IMG/VR virus record: IMGVR_UViG_3300020057_001237
DNA length: 64,000 bases
Source of the DNA: an uncultured virus (IMG/VR IMGVR_UViG_3300020057_001237)
Lineage: Duplodnaviria; Heunggongvirae; Uroviricota; Caudoviricetes
Strand: one strand, 5' to 3'
Every line of letters begins with the position of its first letter. Position 1 is the stretch's first letter. The notes beneath the pieces were generated by a model. It saw nothing but the letters and a program-made list of their open reading frames with translations, searched no databases and was not told where the DNA came from. Both the position numbers and the translations under genes were made by a program. Positions 1-10,565 of the stretch are shown piece by piece.

Positions 1-2363
1 TCGAAGAGTCGAAGACTTTCGTTCAAGGTGCAGGCTTCGGCAATGACCCTGACCTCGGCGGCGGTATTTTTTGGTACGAGCCCGGCTCTTACGTAAAGAG
101 CTTGGCGAAGAATATTTGGGCAGGTCTTAACCGTGGTGGTTATCTTTGGATAGCTGACTCGTCTAAGAGCACACGGCAGACGGAGTTTTCTCCGAACCTT
201 GCCACAGTTCGTGGTGACGTTTTAGTTACAAACTTAGGCTCTGCTTCCTCTTACGACTACGCATTCGACGGTACCGGAACTAATATCGGCTTCGTTTATC
301 CTGACGCCGCCAACGGCAATAAGCTCGGGTTTGTCATCTATGACGTAGCAACTGCCACACTATCGGCACCAGAAAGGGCAGGGTTCGCTCCGCTGAACCC
401 GCCAGGAACTTCGGCTGTAATCGGCATCCCCCGCATCGTCTATAACCCGACGACGGTCTCTTGGGATATCACTGTCCAAGACAACAGCAGGACAAGTGGT
501 AATGGGCAGCTAGCATTTTACAGACGACCTGTAGCGTCAGCAGCTTGGGTCTTGGAGACAATTGGTCCGGCAACAGATCCAGGTGCTACCAAGGTTTTAG
601 CTTCGATGACGGACGGCAACGGCAAAAACCCGTCGAGAGCGGCGATTGCCGCCAACGGCGACGTAGTTGTGGCGACTGAAGCAAGCTCTTCGAGCAACCT
701 TCTCGTCGCCGTTAGGCAACAGTCCAACGAGCAATGGCTCACTGTTACAGCGACCTTGAACCCTATTACTGGCGGGGGCTTCGCTTCACCGCAGATTGCA
801 ATCTCAGGAACGACTTATTGGATCTTCGGTAACCGGGATTCTTTAAGTGTGGCGAAAGTTATTACGACCACCAACTATTTGAGTTGGTCGGCTGCTACGT
901 CGTTTGCAACTTCGACGACCTATAACCGTGCTCAAGAAGTCACCGTATTTCCTTACAGCGACGGCGTGGCTGTTGCTGCCAAGCTTGCGAACGTCTCGCC
1001 ACTTGCGGGTACTCTGAAAGAGTTCGGCGTCTTCCGTTTCTACAACGCCTTCGCCGTCAGTACGAATATCGTATCTGCTAACGGCAGACTTCAGTCCGCA
1101 TTTTTAAGCGGCGACGAAGAAGCCGACTACACGCAATTGTCGTTCGGCTACAGCGGTGCCCTTATGATGGCAGCTCGTCGTCCCGGTCGGTTCACAGACC
1201 ATTGGTCAGTGCGTCTCAGCAATAACCAATGGGCAAACTACGGTGACAGTGCATTAGGCAGCGGTCGTCTGCTTGCTATCGGCAACAAGACTTTCCGGGA
1301 AAACTATCAAGGCGTAGACGGCGTAGATCTTATTCACGAATTTGACAGCACGGAAACAAGGATACGGACTTGGACGGATCTCCCGGTAGCCGAAAGAGAG
1401 TTGGGGCAATACATCGCCCTACGTTATCCATTCAGTGCAGACGGCTCTGCGGCACGCCTTTTCCGCTACGGCAATCCAACGGTGGGAATGACTTCCGACA
1501 TCAACTTACAAAACGGTCAGCTTCCTACGGTCACCGCTCGGCAGTGGCTAACTGTCGTCGGTTCAACGAGGGTGCAAGGTGGAGCAGGAGCTTCCGTCTT
1601 GCAGCACGGCTCCATGCTGTTTGTTGCAGCTCCACCAAGCACTACGAACACACTTTACTTTGGCTCCGCTACCGTTGGGACAGCGGGTCTGTTCAGAATT
1701 GATCCTCAAGATACATTGACGATCAAAGGAAGCTGGAAACTAAGTGCCCCAAATAACGCAGGTCGTTCATACACTATTACTGGACCGCTCACGTTTAACC
1801 TTGATGCTTCTACCTTAGGACATCTAGTCTTGAACTTCCCTACGGCTTCAAGCTTGACCTTAGATGCTGCCGCGAATCCGCTTAGCTATTGGCAGGACTT
1901 GAACCACTCCCAAACGAACTACGCCGTCGTGTTAGGTGAGTTGCGGTCTGTGCATTTTTTCCTCTACGGTTTACCGCAAGAAAACTCGCACTTATCCAAA
2001 CTTACACTTGGCTCTCTTGAGCCGAGGGAGTGGACGGAGACGCTTCGTAAAATTAACTACGCCGCACCAGTATCGCAGTATGCTCAAGGCAAAATTCTAG
2101 GACAGAGATTATACGTCTCTCCAGTGACGATAGATTCAGTTACTATCAAAATAGAGGGCTCTCTGCGTGGTATTCAACGTCTTGATTTCCCAAGCATTGC
2201 AGGCGCTAGACATCTTCTAGTCGTGCAAGGTTTGCCACCTCTCAGCACTGGTTATTATTTTTACCGAGTTGAAACACCTCAAACTTTTTCTGGTCTTGAA
2301 GGATTAACAGTAGACCATGTAGCTGGTAGGTATGATAACTTGGTGGTATTCGAAGCTTTCTAA
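1..2363 (+). CDS. virion structural protein, 5'-truncated by the window (beta-propeller-like, probably baseplate/tail associated)
   Basis: The frame is open from base 3 (EESKTFVQGAG...), so the TTG at 102 is probably not the true start. The protein is rich in S/T/G/A beta-type sequence and is first in a co-oriented structural cluster. Confidence 0.55.
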   Translation, partial: EESKTFVQGAGFGNDPDLGGGIFWYEPGSYVKSLAKNIWAGLNRGGYLWIADSSKSTRQTEFSPNLATVRGDVLVTNLGSASSYDYAFDGTGTNIGFVYPDAANGNKLGFVIYDVATATLSAPERAGFAPLNPPGTSAVIGIPRIVYNPTTVSWDITVQDNSRTSGNGQLAFYRRPVASAAWVLETIGPATDPGATKVLASMTDGNGKNPSRAAIAANGDVVVATEASSSSNLLVAVRQQSNEQWLTVTATLNPITGGGFASPQIAISGTTYWIFGNRDSLSVAKVITTTNYLSWSAATSFATSTTYNRAQEVTVFPYSDGVAVAAKLANVSPLAGTLKEFGVFRFYNAFAVSTNIVSANGRLQSAFLSGDEEADYTQLSFGYSGALMMAARRPGRFTDHWSVRLSNNQWANYGDSALGSGRLLAIGNKTFRENYQGVDGVDLIHEFDSTETRIRTWTDLPVAERELGQYIALRYPFSADGSAARLFRYGNPTVGMTSDINLQNGQLPTVTARQWLTVVGSTRVQGGAGASVLQHGSMLFVAAPPSTTNTLYFGSATVGTAGLFRIDPQDTLTIKGSWKLSAPNNAGRSYTITGPLTFNLDASTLGHLVLNFPTASSLTLDAAANPLSYWQDLNHSQTNYAVVLGELRSVHFFLYGLPQENSHLSKLTLGSLEPREWTETLRKINYAAPVSQYAQGKILGQRLYVSPVTIDSVTIKIEGSLRGIQRLDFPSIAGARHLLVVQGLPPLSTGYYFYRVETPQTFSGLEGLTVDHVAGRYDNLVVFEAF

Positions 2364-2374
2364 AAGGTTGTTAA

Positions 2375-3325
2375 ATGGCAGACATTATTGTTTCACTGAC
2401 AAAACGAGGCAGAGAGCTAGAAGCACAACAGCTTCTCTACGGCTACGGCTTCCGCATAGACTTCTTTCAAGTCGGTAGCGGCGGTCATGACCCCGGTAAC
2501 CCAACGCTTGCTCTTCCTCTTGACGAGGACGTGTTAGAGCTGCCGGGAGCTTTCTTCGGTCCTGAGCCCATCGACACCGGCATTTTGATTACATCTACTT
2601 GTCCGAGATGGACTTGTATTATCCAACCTGGAGAAGGCGTCGGAGCAATGTCAAACTTCGGTTTGGTGGCGACCGTCGTCTACGTTCCTGCTGCATCATT
2701 CTTTATTCAGCCTATCGACGTAACGGCTGGCTCCTCAAACAAAAACTTCGGCATTGCCGACGTAAACGTGGCAACTGAAACAATTACAATAGCCGGGCAC
2801 GGTTTTGTGAACACTGACCAAGTTGTTTTCGCTAGCAGCGGTGGTCTGCCGACAGGTCTAAATAGTACGACTCCCTACTATATTGTAGGAGCGACGGGCA
2901 CGACGTTCCAAGTATCGCTTACAAACGGCGGACCTGCGGTTGACATCACGACGCAGGGTACAGGTATCCATACGGTGCGACTTGCAGGTGACGACACCAT
3001 TCTTAAAAACACACATGGTCTTGTAGACGGCAATGAAGTCAACATGATTACGACAGGTACGATGCCTGGCGGTCTTACTGAGGCACAAACTTATTATGTT
3101 GTGCAGAGCAACGCCAACACGTTCAAGCTATCTTCGGTTCCCGGTGGTCCTCCCATTGACATCACGTCGTCGGGTACAGGAATACATACGGTAACGAACC
3201 TCAGCTCTCTGCCGGGAAGTGCTCCGCTTGTCGGCAGTACGTTCCTGTACGCTCAAGCGAACTTCCCACTGAGGACTAAACTCAGTTCGTCCCGTGAAAC
3301 ATATAACGTAACACTTCAGACCTAA
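2375..3325 (+). CDS. tail-collar/baseplate-type structural protein with two inserted beta-rich modules
   Basis: N-terminus LTKRGRELEA...FQVGSGG and C-terminus TFLYAQANFP..K resemble phage tail-collar fibre N-domains. It has two HG(F/L)-x-G..LPxGL..YY(I/V)V..TFxLS..GG..DIT..GTG.HTV modules and is a paralog of 9149-10225. Confidence 0.6.
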   Translation: MADIIVSLTKRGRELEAQQLLYGYGFRIDFFQVGSGGHDPGNPTLALPLDEDVLELPGAFFGPEPIDTGILITSTCPRWTCIIQPGEGVGAMSNFGLVATVVYVPAASFFIQPIDVTAGSSNKNFGIADVNVATETITIAGHGFVNTDQVVFASSGGLPTGLNSTTPYYIVGATGTTFQVSLTNGGPAVDITTQGTGIHTVRLAGDDTILKNTHGLVDGNEVNMITTGTMPGGLTEAQTYYVVQSNANTFKLSSVPGGPPIDITSSGTGIHTVTNLSSLPGSAPLVGSTFLYAQANFPLRTKLSSSRETYNVTLQT

Positions 3326-3333
3326 GGGCAACC

Positions 3334-6300
3334 ATGGCACTTGAAGCCCTCCTAAAATTTAAAAACATCGACAGCACTGAGAACATCAATGCTCGCCTAG
3401 CGGGTCTTATTCCCAAAGGTGTTCTCAAAGGTGGTGTTGTAACGGCTGAGCCTGCCTCGTTGCAGGTTCGTGTCAAAGGAACTCTTGGAGAGCCTTGGGT
3501 TCTTCTTGCTTTCAGCAGCGGGGGGATGCTTATTCGTGAAAGATCTGAAGAGTACGTTCTTCCGGTCGTAGCGGGTGTCGTCAACGTCGTCGTGCTTAGA
3601 GCCAAATACTTAGAGTCACAAGCACCTCTCACAAGCTTAGAGGTGATGACGTTAGGTGCTTACCAAGCTGATACCGAAAAGGATTCTTTGATTCGTCTTG
3701 CTTCCGTCACACCACCTTTAGGTGCGGTGTCGGTGAATGCAGAAGACATCGACCTTTCGTTTCGAGACAGCATCGAAGGCTTCACTCGTAGAATCCTTCG
3801 AGACGTAGTAACGACGAAGGAAGATCTTCCTGCGGTCAGTGGCTTCCCTGCTACAGCCGAAATCAACTTCGTTGCTAACAACTTTTTAACCAATACAACT
3901 ATCAGCGTGTCGGCAGGTCTTCTAACTGAAGTCTTCTCGATTGTTCCAGCGATCAACTTTGTGGTTGGTAGTCCTTCGATCCCCGGTCTTTCAAGAGTCA
4001 ACCCGAGCCAGAAGTCAATTGTTTCCGCAGTCGAAGCTGCCTTGAGTGGTATCGTTACGGTTACGACGGCGACCCCTCACGGACTTGCCCCTGGAAACCA
4101 AATTAGGATTTCGGGCTCTTCCGCTCCAGGTGCTAACAGTGTTTGGACCGTGGATGCGACGGGTCTAACGGCGAGTTCTTTCCGTTTTGTCAAAGGCGGC
4201 AGTGCAACTCCGTTCACATCTACAGGTGGTAACTTAGTAAACACCGCCGTCATTGCGACGGTGACCGTTAAACTAGCACCGGGCGTAACACACGACCTCG
4301 TAGCTAGCCAACCTATTGTCGTTACTAATGCGACAGATCCTAGCTTCAACGTAACGTCAAGCGTCAGCTCGATTGTGGACGCTCAGACGTTTACATATCA
4401 GATGACAGGCTTCCCGACCGGCGACTCCGGCAACGGCAAAGTCACCAAAGTCGGCTTCTCGCTTCCGCCTAACGGTGTTGAGATTGGCGAAAGTGCAACT
4501 GTCACCGCTGCCAACTTCGAAACAGCTTTCCTTGCGTCAGGTCTTTCGACTCTTATAAAAGCGAACGCAATTGGCTCTTCGATTCAGCTTGAAGTTGTAG
4601 ATGTTGGTATCTTAGGCAACACGTACACAATTTCAAAAGCAGAGCCTGGCGTAGTTTCAGGTTCAGAGCGCATCGTTCTAAGTGGCGCGACGTTTTCAGG
4701 TGGCGCAGACCCCATTGCAGGTCTAAGCTCGGCAGTTGATTTGCGAGCTGGCGACCTCTACATTGTTCTTTTCGGCGACATCGGCACGATGGAGATTTGG
4801 GGTTACGACGGCACTCGCTTCCGTAACTTGACCTCCGCCGCTACGATTACGCTTCTTGACTTCCACCGTAGAAACCTTCTCCCTAATGAGAAGCACCTTA
4901 CGGAAAACGAAAAGTCTGCACTTGTGGGGACTGTGGGAACACCGTCCGCCACGAACCCTTTCGTTACGAAGCAAGACACTTCCATTCTAACGAATAACCT
5001 TGCCGACGCCTTGCAAGGTGCTGACAACGAAACGCCGTCAGGAGCTAACCGCTTCCTGACCGAGGCTCGTGTCCGTGGTGAGCGGGGAGCGATCTCCATC
5101 CCCGGAGGTACCAACCTTTCGATCCCGGCAGCCAACGTCAACGCTGCGACCGACGTAATTACTTACGCTGCTCACGGAATGTCGGACGGCTTCGCCGTTT
5201 CGTTCACGACATCAGGCGTTATTCCTTCGGGCTTGCTCGTGGGAACGACTTACTACGTCGTCAGCTCGACCTTGAACACATTTAAGGTAGCTCTTACCTT
5301 CGGTGGAGCTGCCATCGACATCATCTCGTCGGGATCAGGCACGCACACCCTTGTCGTTCCTTACCAAGATTGGGTCAAGCTTCCAGCAAGTGAGCGTTGG
5401 GTTGTAGGCACAGAGACTGACTCAGCACTTCAATACTTCAACGTCGTCTTCAACTCCACCTTGAAAAACGCTGGTGGACCGGACGAGTATACGCAACAAA
5501 GCTTTACGCCTGTGAAGGTGGACAAGCTCTATATCGACAAGCCCTTTATTACGGGTAACGAACTTAATCCGGCAGATGCTTTGATCGGTGCGGACGGCGG
5601 CGGTGTTTACCCTCGTGCTGAAGCCCCCCTCTTAGGTAACCCGACTGATCTTTATGTAAAGCTCACAGCACAGCCCAACAACGGTGTGGCTACGGTCTTC
5701 TATAGCAGAGCAGCTAAAGAAAAGGTACGAGCAACTACTGCCGACATGCTTATGGGTCCGCAGCGGATTACGCCTGCATCTATTAAAGATGTAGAAAACA
5801 AAGTTGCTGAGCTGCGCTTCAACGCAGGAATCACCGTCAGCGGTACGTCTATCACGTTCCCGTCCAGTCTTTTTGTTTCTAGCAACCTTCAGAACTTTAA
5901 GTTCCGCCGAGCAGTCGGTGGCAAGCTAGCATGGCTCTCGGCAGGCTTCACTGCCAACTTCGCTACAGGCACAGGCACGGCAGGTATCATCGAGAACTTC
6001 TCGACGGTCACTTTCCCGGCAGCCAGCACTTGGTCGAAGTACATCTTGAGCCTTGCGTCCACGGGGAAGATCAATACATATAAATTAGAAGACCATTTAG
6101 AGTTCTCGACTGACCTCGCCTTCGACACGTCGGTCTCTACCCTCGCTACTTCTAACCTCGCTTTCACTAAAGGTGAATGGGTATTCGCAGTCGTAGCGGT
6201 GAAGTCAAATGCCTTAAATACAGGCATCGAAGACCTCGTAGCTACGTCGGTAGAGCTGTACCCATATCAGAGTACAAACTCTCGTGATGCGGGTGCGGAA

Positions 6301-8940
6301 ATCTTGGTTGGTGACGGTACGAACACCTTCGGTCACTTTTCTGGAACAGGCGCACACATAAGAGCACTTAAAACGGCTCAACCTTACGACCGTATAAAAC
6401 TTCTGAGAGGAACTTACCTCGGTCAGTTCCTCATCAATAAAGACAACATCACCGTCGAGTTCTCTGCGGGTGCGGCTCTTCAGCATCAAGTTGCAGCGAT
6501 CCTTCTCAACATTGTTGCCGCCAACGTCAACTTTGTTTCAGATACTTTCACATCGACAGCTCACGGACTTTCCAACGGGCACCTAGTTTCGATTTCGTCA
6601 GGCGGCACTTTACCGGCAGGATTAAGTGCGGCGATCAACTACTATGTAATCACATCTACGACGAACACTTTCCAACTGTCTTTGACTCCTGGTGGAGCGG
6701 CGGTCAACATGACCTCTGCCGGAGCGGGAACGCACACAGTTGAATTGGTAAAGGTAGCTTTCAACGTCAACGCTGCTAATTTCAGAGCTGAAAACCCACG
6801 CTTTATCAACTCGTCTGTTGGAATGCATTTCACTTCTAACGCTACCAACGTAGAAGTTTTTGATCCTACGTTCTCTGCGGCGGTCACAAGGTTCACGGCT
6901 GCCACGGCGCTTACAGCGCCGGACGTTCGCTTCCGCTACGCCAACGTAGCGACTTGGATCTGTACGGACGGGACGAGCACGAAGTACGTCGGTGACTTCA
7001 ACAGCGCCAACGCCTTGAACGATGCACATGCGGCAGCTTCCGCAGGTGACAAAATCATTGTCTACCCAGGTACTTACACAAGAATTACGGGTTGGACGAA
7101 GAGCCAGATCCAAGTCGAAGGTTACGCAGCCGGTCAAGTCTTTGTTGACGGCGGGGGTAGTAACGCTGCCATTACGATTTCGGGCTCTGGCAACTTCCTT
7201 CAAAACCTTGTTCTTCAAAATGCCTCCATCGGTATCAGTTGCTCTTCCGGCGCTGCTTATAATACGTTTGCTGATTCGGTAGTTTTCGCTTCCAACGTCA
7301 TCATCCCTGTCAAGTTCCCGACGACTTCTGGCACCAAGCACAATAACTTCCATCCAGTCTACAGTGGGAACATTTCGGTTTCTGCTACGTCGGCGGGGAC
7401 AGCGAAGCAAGTAGTGACATGCGGCGACGGCATTTCGTCTTGGGGTGACTACACCGGCATCGACGCCATCAACCAAGCGATCTTGGCTGAGCAAGAAGGC
7501 ACCACCATCAAGGTAGCAAAAGGCAGCTACGTTCCGATCACGGGACTTACGTTCAACCGTTTGACCTTTGAAGGCTCCGGCGACAACTGTCTCATTAGAG
7601 CTAGCTACTCGAACTTGAATGCTCACTGTATCAACATCGTCGGTTCGTTCAACAGCTTCAGAGGTTTCCACCTTGAGGCTCTTAACAACGGAACGGGCGA
7701 CTACAACATTTTAGGCTTTGACATCACGGGTAGTGACAACACTATCGAACGGATTTCTTTCACCGACACTGGTACGTCGCAGATCGTTCCCCACCGTCGT
7801 TACAAAGTAGCGTCAGGTGTTCGCAACAGGTTCTTCCCGCACACGGGTTCTCCTACGGGTTACATCTCGTGGACGGTCGGCGACGGTAAGAGATCGTTCG
7901 GTGACTTCAACGGACTCAACGGTATTACGTCTGCTCTAACTGAGCTGCCGCCGAGACCTCGTGGTCTTAACGGTGACATCTCCAACATCAGTGGAGCGCA
8001 AGCCACCTTCGAGGACTTCACGGTCCCTGCGGTCATCGAGTTCGTCAACACGTCGTCAAGCTATTACGTCGATTCTCTTTATAGACACCTCACGATTTCG
8101 ACAGGTCCACTAGGTAACCGTGGCTCGTGGAAGGTCATTCAAGTCTTGAGTGCTACGTCGGTTCGCCTTGAGCGTTTCGACGGTGGCTCTTGGACAACTT
8201 CAAGCGGACACGTTTGGGATCTTCTTACGGGGAGTAAGATTTGGGTTCTTCCAGGTACGTACCAAAACTTTACGATCCAAGAAACCAAAAACGATGTTTA
8301 CCTTCAGGCTTGGGGCTCAGGTAGCGATGTCATCATTCAAGGTGGCTCGCCGTGTATCTTGGTCAAAGGTAACAGGTGCCGAATTTCTGGCTTCCGTTTG
8401 GAAGATCCAGGTACAGGCATTCAAGTTACAGGCAGCGACAACCTCTTTGAGGGAAACCGCTTCGGTACCAACCTAACGGCTAAGTATCTGATTGACACCA
8501 CGGCGCTTCGTAACCGTATGCTTGACAGCATCGAAAACAACGATAAGGTTGCTTACGTCGTCTCAACGCTGCCGTCTCGTGGTGATTTCGTCGGCTCCAC
8601 TCATGCCGCTATCCAAGCGGCGGTGACGGCAGCCGGTAATGATCCGCACATTAAAACGGTCTACATCGGTGCAGGAAGCTACACCTTTGCTGCGACGGTG
8701 AACGTCCCCGCAAGTGTGACGGTTGTAGGCTCAGGCTACGGCACGCTTCTAACTGGTACGGGAGCTTTCGCAGCCTTCACGCTTAATGCTGCCGGTGGAC
8801 ATACTATTTCGGGCATTCGCTTCAACAACTTCAGCAACTCGCTTACGGGACCGGCTGCTAACGTGTTTGCACAGAGAAACTGGTTGGTAACAGCGCCCAT
8901 AAACGGTAACGTAACTGGCAACACGACAGGTAACTTGTAA
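3334..8940 (+). CDS. large tail fibre/tailspike-like protein with tandem pectin-lyase-like beta-helix units
   Basis: 1868 aa. Repeated (V/C)xDG...GD(F/Y)xG heads are each followed by GD.I.V.PGTY and beta-helix coils. It contains several copies of the HG-module. Confidence 0.7.
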   Translation: MALEALLKFKNIDSTENINARLAGLIPKGVLKGGVVTAEPASLQVRVKGTLGEPWVLLAFSSGGMLIRERSEEYVLPVVAGVVNVVVLRAKYLESQAPLTSLEVMTLGAYQADTEKDSLIRLASVTPPLGAVSVNAEDIDLSFRDSIEGFTRRILRDVVTTKEDLPAVSGFPATAEINFVANNFLTNTTISVSAGLLTEVFSIVPAINFVVGSPSIPGLSRVNPSQKSIVSAVEAALSGIVTVTTATPHGLAPGNQIRISGSSAPGANSVWTVDATGLTASSFRFVKGGSATPFTSTGGNLVNTAVIATVTVKLAPGVTHDLVASQPIVVTNATDPSFNVTSSVSSIVDAQTFTYQMTGFPTGDSGNGKVTKVGFSLPPNGVEIGESATVTAANFETAFLASGLSTLIKANAIGSSIQLEVVDVGILGNTYTISKAEPGVVSGSERIVLSGATFSGGADPIAGLSSAVDLRAGDLYIVLFGDIGTMEIWGYDGTRFRNLTSAATITLLDFHRRNLLPNEKHLTENEKSALVGTVGTPSATNPFVTKQDTSILTNNLADALQGADNETPSGANRFLTEARVRGERGAISIPGGTNLSIPAANVNAATDVITYAAHGMSDGFAVSFTTSGVIPSGLLVGTTYYVVSSTLNTFKVALTFGGAAIDIISSGSGTHTLVVPYQDWVKLPASERWVVGTETDSALQYFNVVFNSTLKNAGGPDEYTQQSFTPVKVDKLYIDKPFITGNELNPADALIGADGGGVYPRAEAPLLGNPTDLYVKLTAQPNNGVATVFYSRAAKEKVRATTADMLMGPQRITPASIKDVENKVAELRFNAGITVSGTSITFPSSLFVSSNLQNFKFRRAVGGKLAWLSAGFTANFATGTGTAGIIENFSTVTFPAASTWSKYILSLASTGKINTYKLEDHLEFSTDLAFDTSVSTLATSNLAFTKGEWVFAVVAVKSNALNTGIEDLVATSVELYPYQSTNSRDAGAEILVGDGTNTFGHFSGTGAHIRALKTAQPYDRIKLLRGTYLGQFLINKDNITVEFSAGAALQHQVAAILLNIVAANVNFVSDTFTSTAHGLSNGHLVSISSGGTLPAGLSAAINYYVITSTTNTFQLSLTPGGAAVNMTSAGAGTHTVELVKVAFNVNAANFRAENPRFINSSVGMHFTSNATNVEVFDPTFSAAVTRFTAATALTAPDVRFRYANVATWICTDGTSTKYVGDFNSANALNDAHAAASAGDKIIVYPGTYTRITGWTKSQIQVEGYAAGQVFVDGGGSNAAITISGSGNFLQNLVLQNASIGISCSSGAAYNTFADSVVFASNVIIPVKFPTTSGTKHNNFHPVYSGNISVSATSAGTAKQVVTCGDGISSWGDYTGIDAINQAILAEQEGTTIKVAKGSYVPITGLTFNRLTFEGSGDNCLIRASYSNLNAHCINIVGSFNSFRGFHLEALNNGTGDYNILGFDITGSDNTIERISFTDTGTSQIVPHRRYKVASGVRNRFFPHTGSPTGYISWTVGDGKRSFGDFNGLNGITSALTELPPRPRGLNGDISNISGAQATFEDFTVPAVIEFVNTSSSYYVDSLYRHLTISTGPLGNRGSWKVIQVLSATSVRLERFDGGSWTTSSGHVWDLLTGSKIWVLPGTYQNFTIQETKNDVYLQAWGSGSDVIIQGGSPCILVKGNRCRISGFRLEDPGTGIQVTGSDNLFEGNRFGTNLTAKYLIDTTALRNRMLDSIENNDKVAYVVSTLPSRGDFVGSTHAAIQAAVTAAGNDPHIKTVYIGAGSYTFAATVNVPASVTVVGSGYGTLLTGTGAFAAFTLNAAGGHTISGIRFNNFSNSLTGPAANVFAQRNWLVTAPINGNVTGNTTGNL

Positions 8941-9149
8941 TGGGTACACAACACAATTCAAATGTGGAAGTGCCCTCGCAGTGGGACATGATGCAGGCTG
9001 AATATCTGTCGATGGTGGCAAACCCTGTCGTTTGTCAGCAAGCGAATATAGATCTCATGACGTATGCGGAGTGGATTCTCGAAGCGACTATTGATTTCAG
9101 TGAGGCTCCTATGGGAGATCACAACACTATTCTTAGAGAAGTGGACTGA
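8940..9149 (+). CDS. hypothetical protein
   Basis: Overlaps both neighbours by stop/start coupling (TAATG, TGATG). Confidence 0.55.
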   Translation: MGTQHNSNVEVPSQWDMMQAEYLSMVANPVVCQQANIDLMTYAEWILEATIDFSEAPMGDHNTILREVD

Positions 9150-10225
9150 TGGCGTACTTAGATACTCCAGATACAATTATCTTGAACTTGACGCTTGAAG
9201 GCAGAAACCTTTTAGCTCGTTGTAAGTTTGGTAACGAATTGATCTATCGCCATCTCGGCTGGCAGCTCGGTCGAAGCGGTTACGTTCACTTGAACCCCGT
9301 CCACGTCACACCTCTCGATGATTTTGCTACGGAGTCCGTTGGCTATATCGAAGTGTTAGACAACACGTTCGACGCCGGAGATGCCATCCTTCTCAACGGC
9401 AAGTCTTTCGGCTACAACACGCATTGGACTGCGGGCTCCTCTATCCCGGTGACGGTAGAAAACATTATCGAAGCCGTCTTAGACTCGAAGGACACCCGTC
9501 ACTATAGACTTGTGAACCTTGATGTTGATCCAGGCAATCCTAACAGGATACGCATCACAACGACTGTGACCGGCAACGTTTTAGCAGGGAGGACCTTTCC
9601 TTTTGCTGCTGCCGCCGTCAATACGGCAACGGATACGATTACGCTAGCTGACCACGGTTTGGTGAACGGTGTCATGGTCAACATCGACACGACGGCGACG
9701 TTACCTAACGGCATCACGGCTGGTACTGACTACTTTATCATCAACGCCACCACGAACACTTTCCAACTATCTACGACTTTGAATGCTCCTACCTTAGTAG
9801 ACATCCTAACTCAGGGCACGGGTACACACAGCGTTGTGCCGGTCGGGAACTTGTTTCCTATCGACACAGCAGAAACGATTGGCTTCGGCAGCACGACGAA
9901 TTTCTTCGTGACACCGATGTCGCTTTCTTTGACGACGACTTTGATTGATCCGGCTTATCCAGTCCCGCCGACGCTAGGCACTTTCATTTTGCCGGATGGT
10001 CGCATTGAAACGCCGACGCCTTCGTCCGTATCCTTTGTTATGCGGGTACCTGACGGTCCTGTAGGACTTAACGCCTACGGTGAGATCGGACTATGGGCAG
10101 AGGTTTTGGAATCAATCCACCCCATGGAAAAGGGTCGTAAGGTTCTTTACGCTCATGGACACTTCCCTATTCAAGCAAAAACCGACCGGCATCTTTACAC
10201 GTATAGACTGGTCATCAACTTTTGA
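9149..10225 (+). CDS. tail-collar/baseplate-type structural protein, paralog of 2375-3325
   Basis: LTLEGRNLLA...LGRSG..NP N-terminus, GEIGLWA...LYAHGHFP..K..YTY C-terminus, and one HG-module. Confidence 0.6.
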   Translation: MAYLDTPDTIILNLTLEGRNLLARCKFGNELIYRHLGWQLGRSGYVHLNPVHVTPLDDFATESVGYIEVLDNTFDAGDAILLNGKSFGYNTHWTAGSSIPVTVENIIEAVLDSKDTRHYRLVNLDVDPGNPNRIRITTTVTGNVLAGRTFPFAAAAVNTATDTITLADHGLVNGVMVNIDTTATLPNGITAGTDYFIINATTNTFQLSTTLNAPTLVDILTQGTGTHSVVPVGNLFPIDTAETIGFGSTTNFFVTPMSLSLTTTLIDPAYPVPPTLGTFILPDGRIETPTPSSVSFVMRVPDGPVGLNAYGEIGLWAEVLESIHPMEKGRKVLYAHGHFPIQAKTDRHLYTYRLVINF

Positions 10226-10234
10226 GATAGAATC

Positions 10235-10495
10235 ATGAAACTAGACAAACGAAATCCTGATGATGTGAAGTGCGGCGTATTCGACGCTGTTGGTCAGCAA
10301 CTGCCTTTCGTTGTGTCTTACGACACTGAAACTTGTGAAATCGAGATGATGTTGAAGCTGCATGATGAAGAGCCTGTTGAGGGCACAGAGAGTGTGAATT
10401 TTTATGTTGTATTCGGACAAGACAAGCGACCTTTTGTAGCCAAGTTCGTGCTTCCCGGTTCATATGCTTTAAACGAAAAAGGCGAGCGTCTCTAA
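10235..10495 (+). CDS. hypothetical protein
   Basis: ATG ORF packed in the operon, with plausible composition. Confidence 0.6.
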   Translation: MKLDKRNPDDVKCGVFDAVGQQLPFVVSYDTETCEIEMMLKLHDEEPVEGTESVNFYVVFGQDKRPFVAKFVLPGSYALNEKGERL

Positions 10496-10565
10496 CGAGG
10501 GGGGTGAGTTCATTAGAAGACTGCAAGCCATCGAAGATCTAGTTGCTGGTACCCTAAACGATTAC

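Noticed and set aside
6622..7671. 349-aa antisense ORF and the many other shadow ORFs in the track
   Set aside because: They overlap long, motif-bearing genes, lack RBSs, and have compositions typical of alternative frames.
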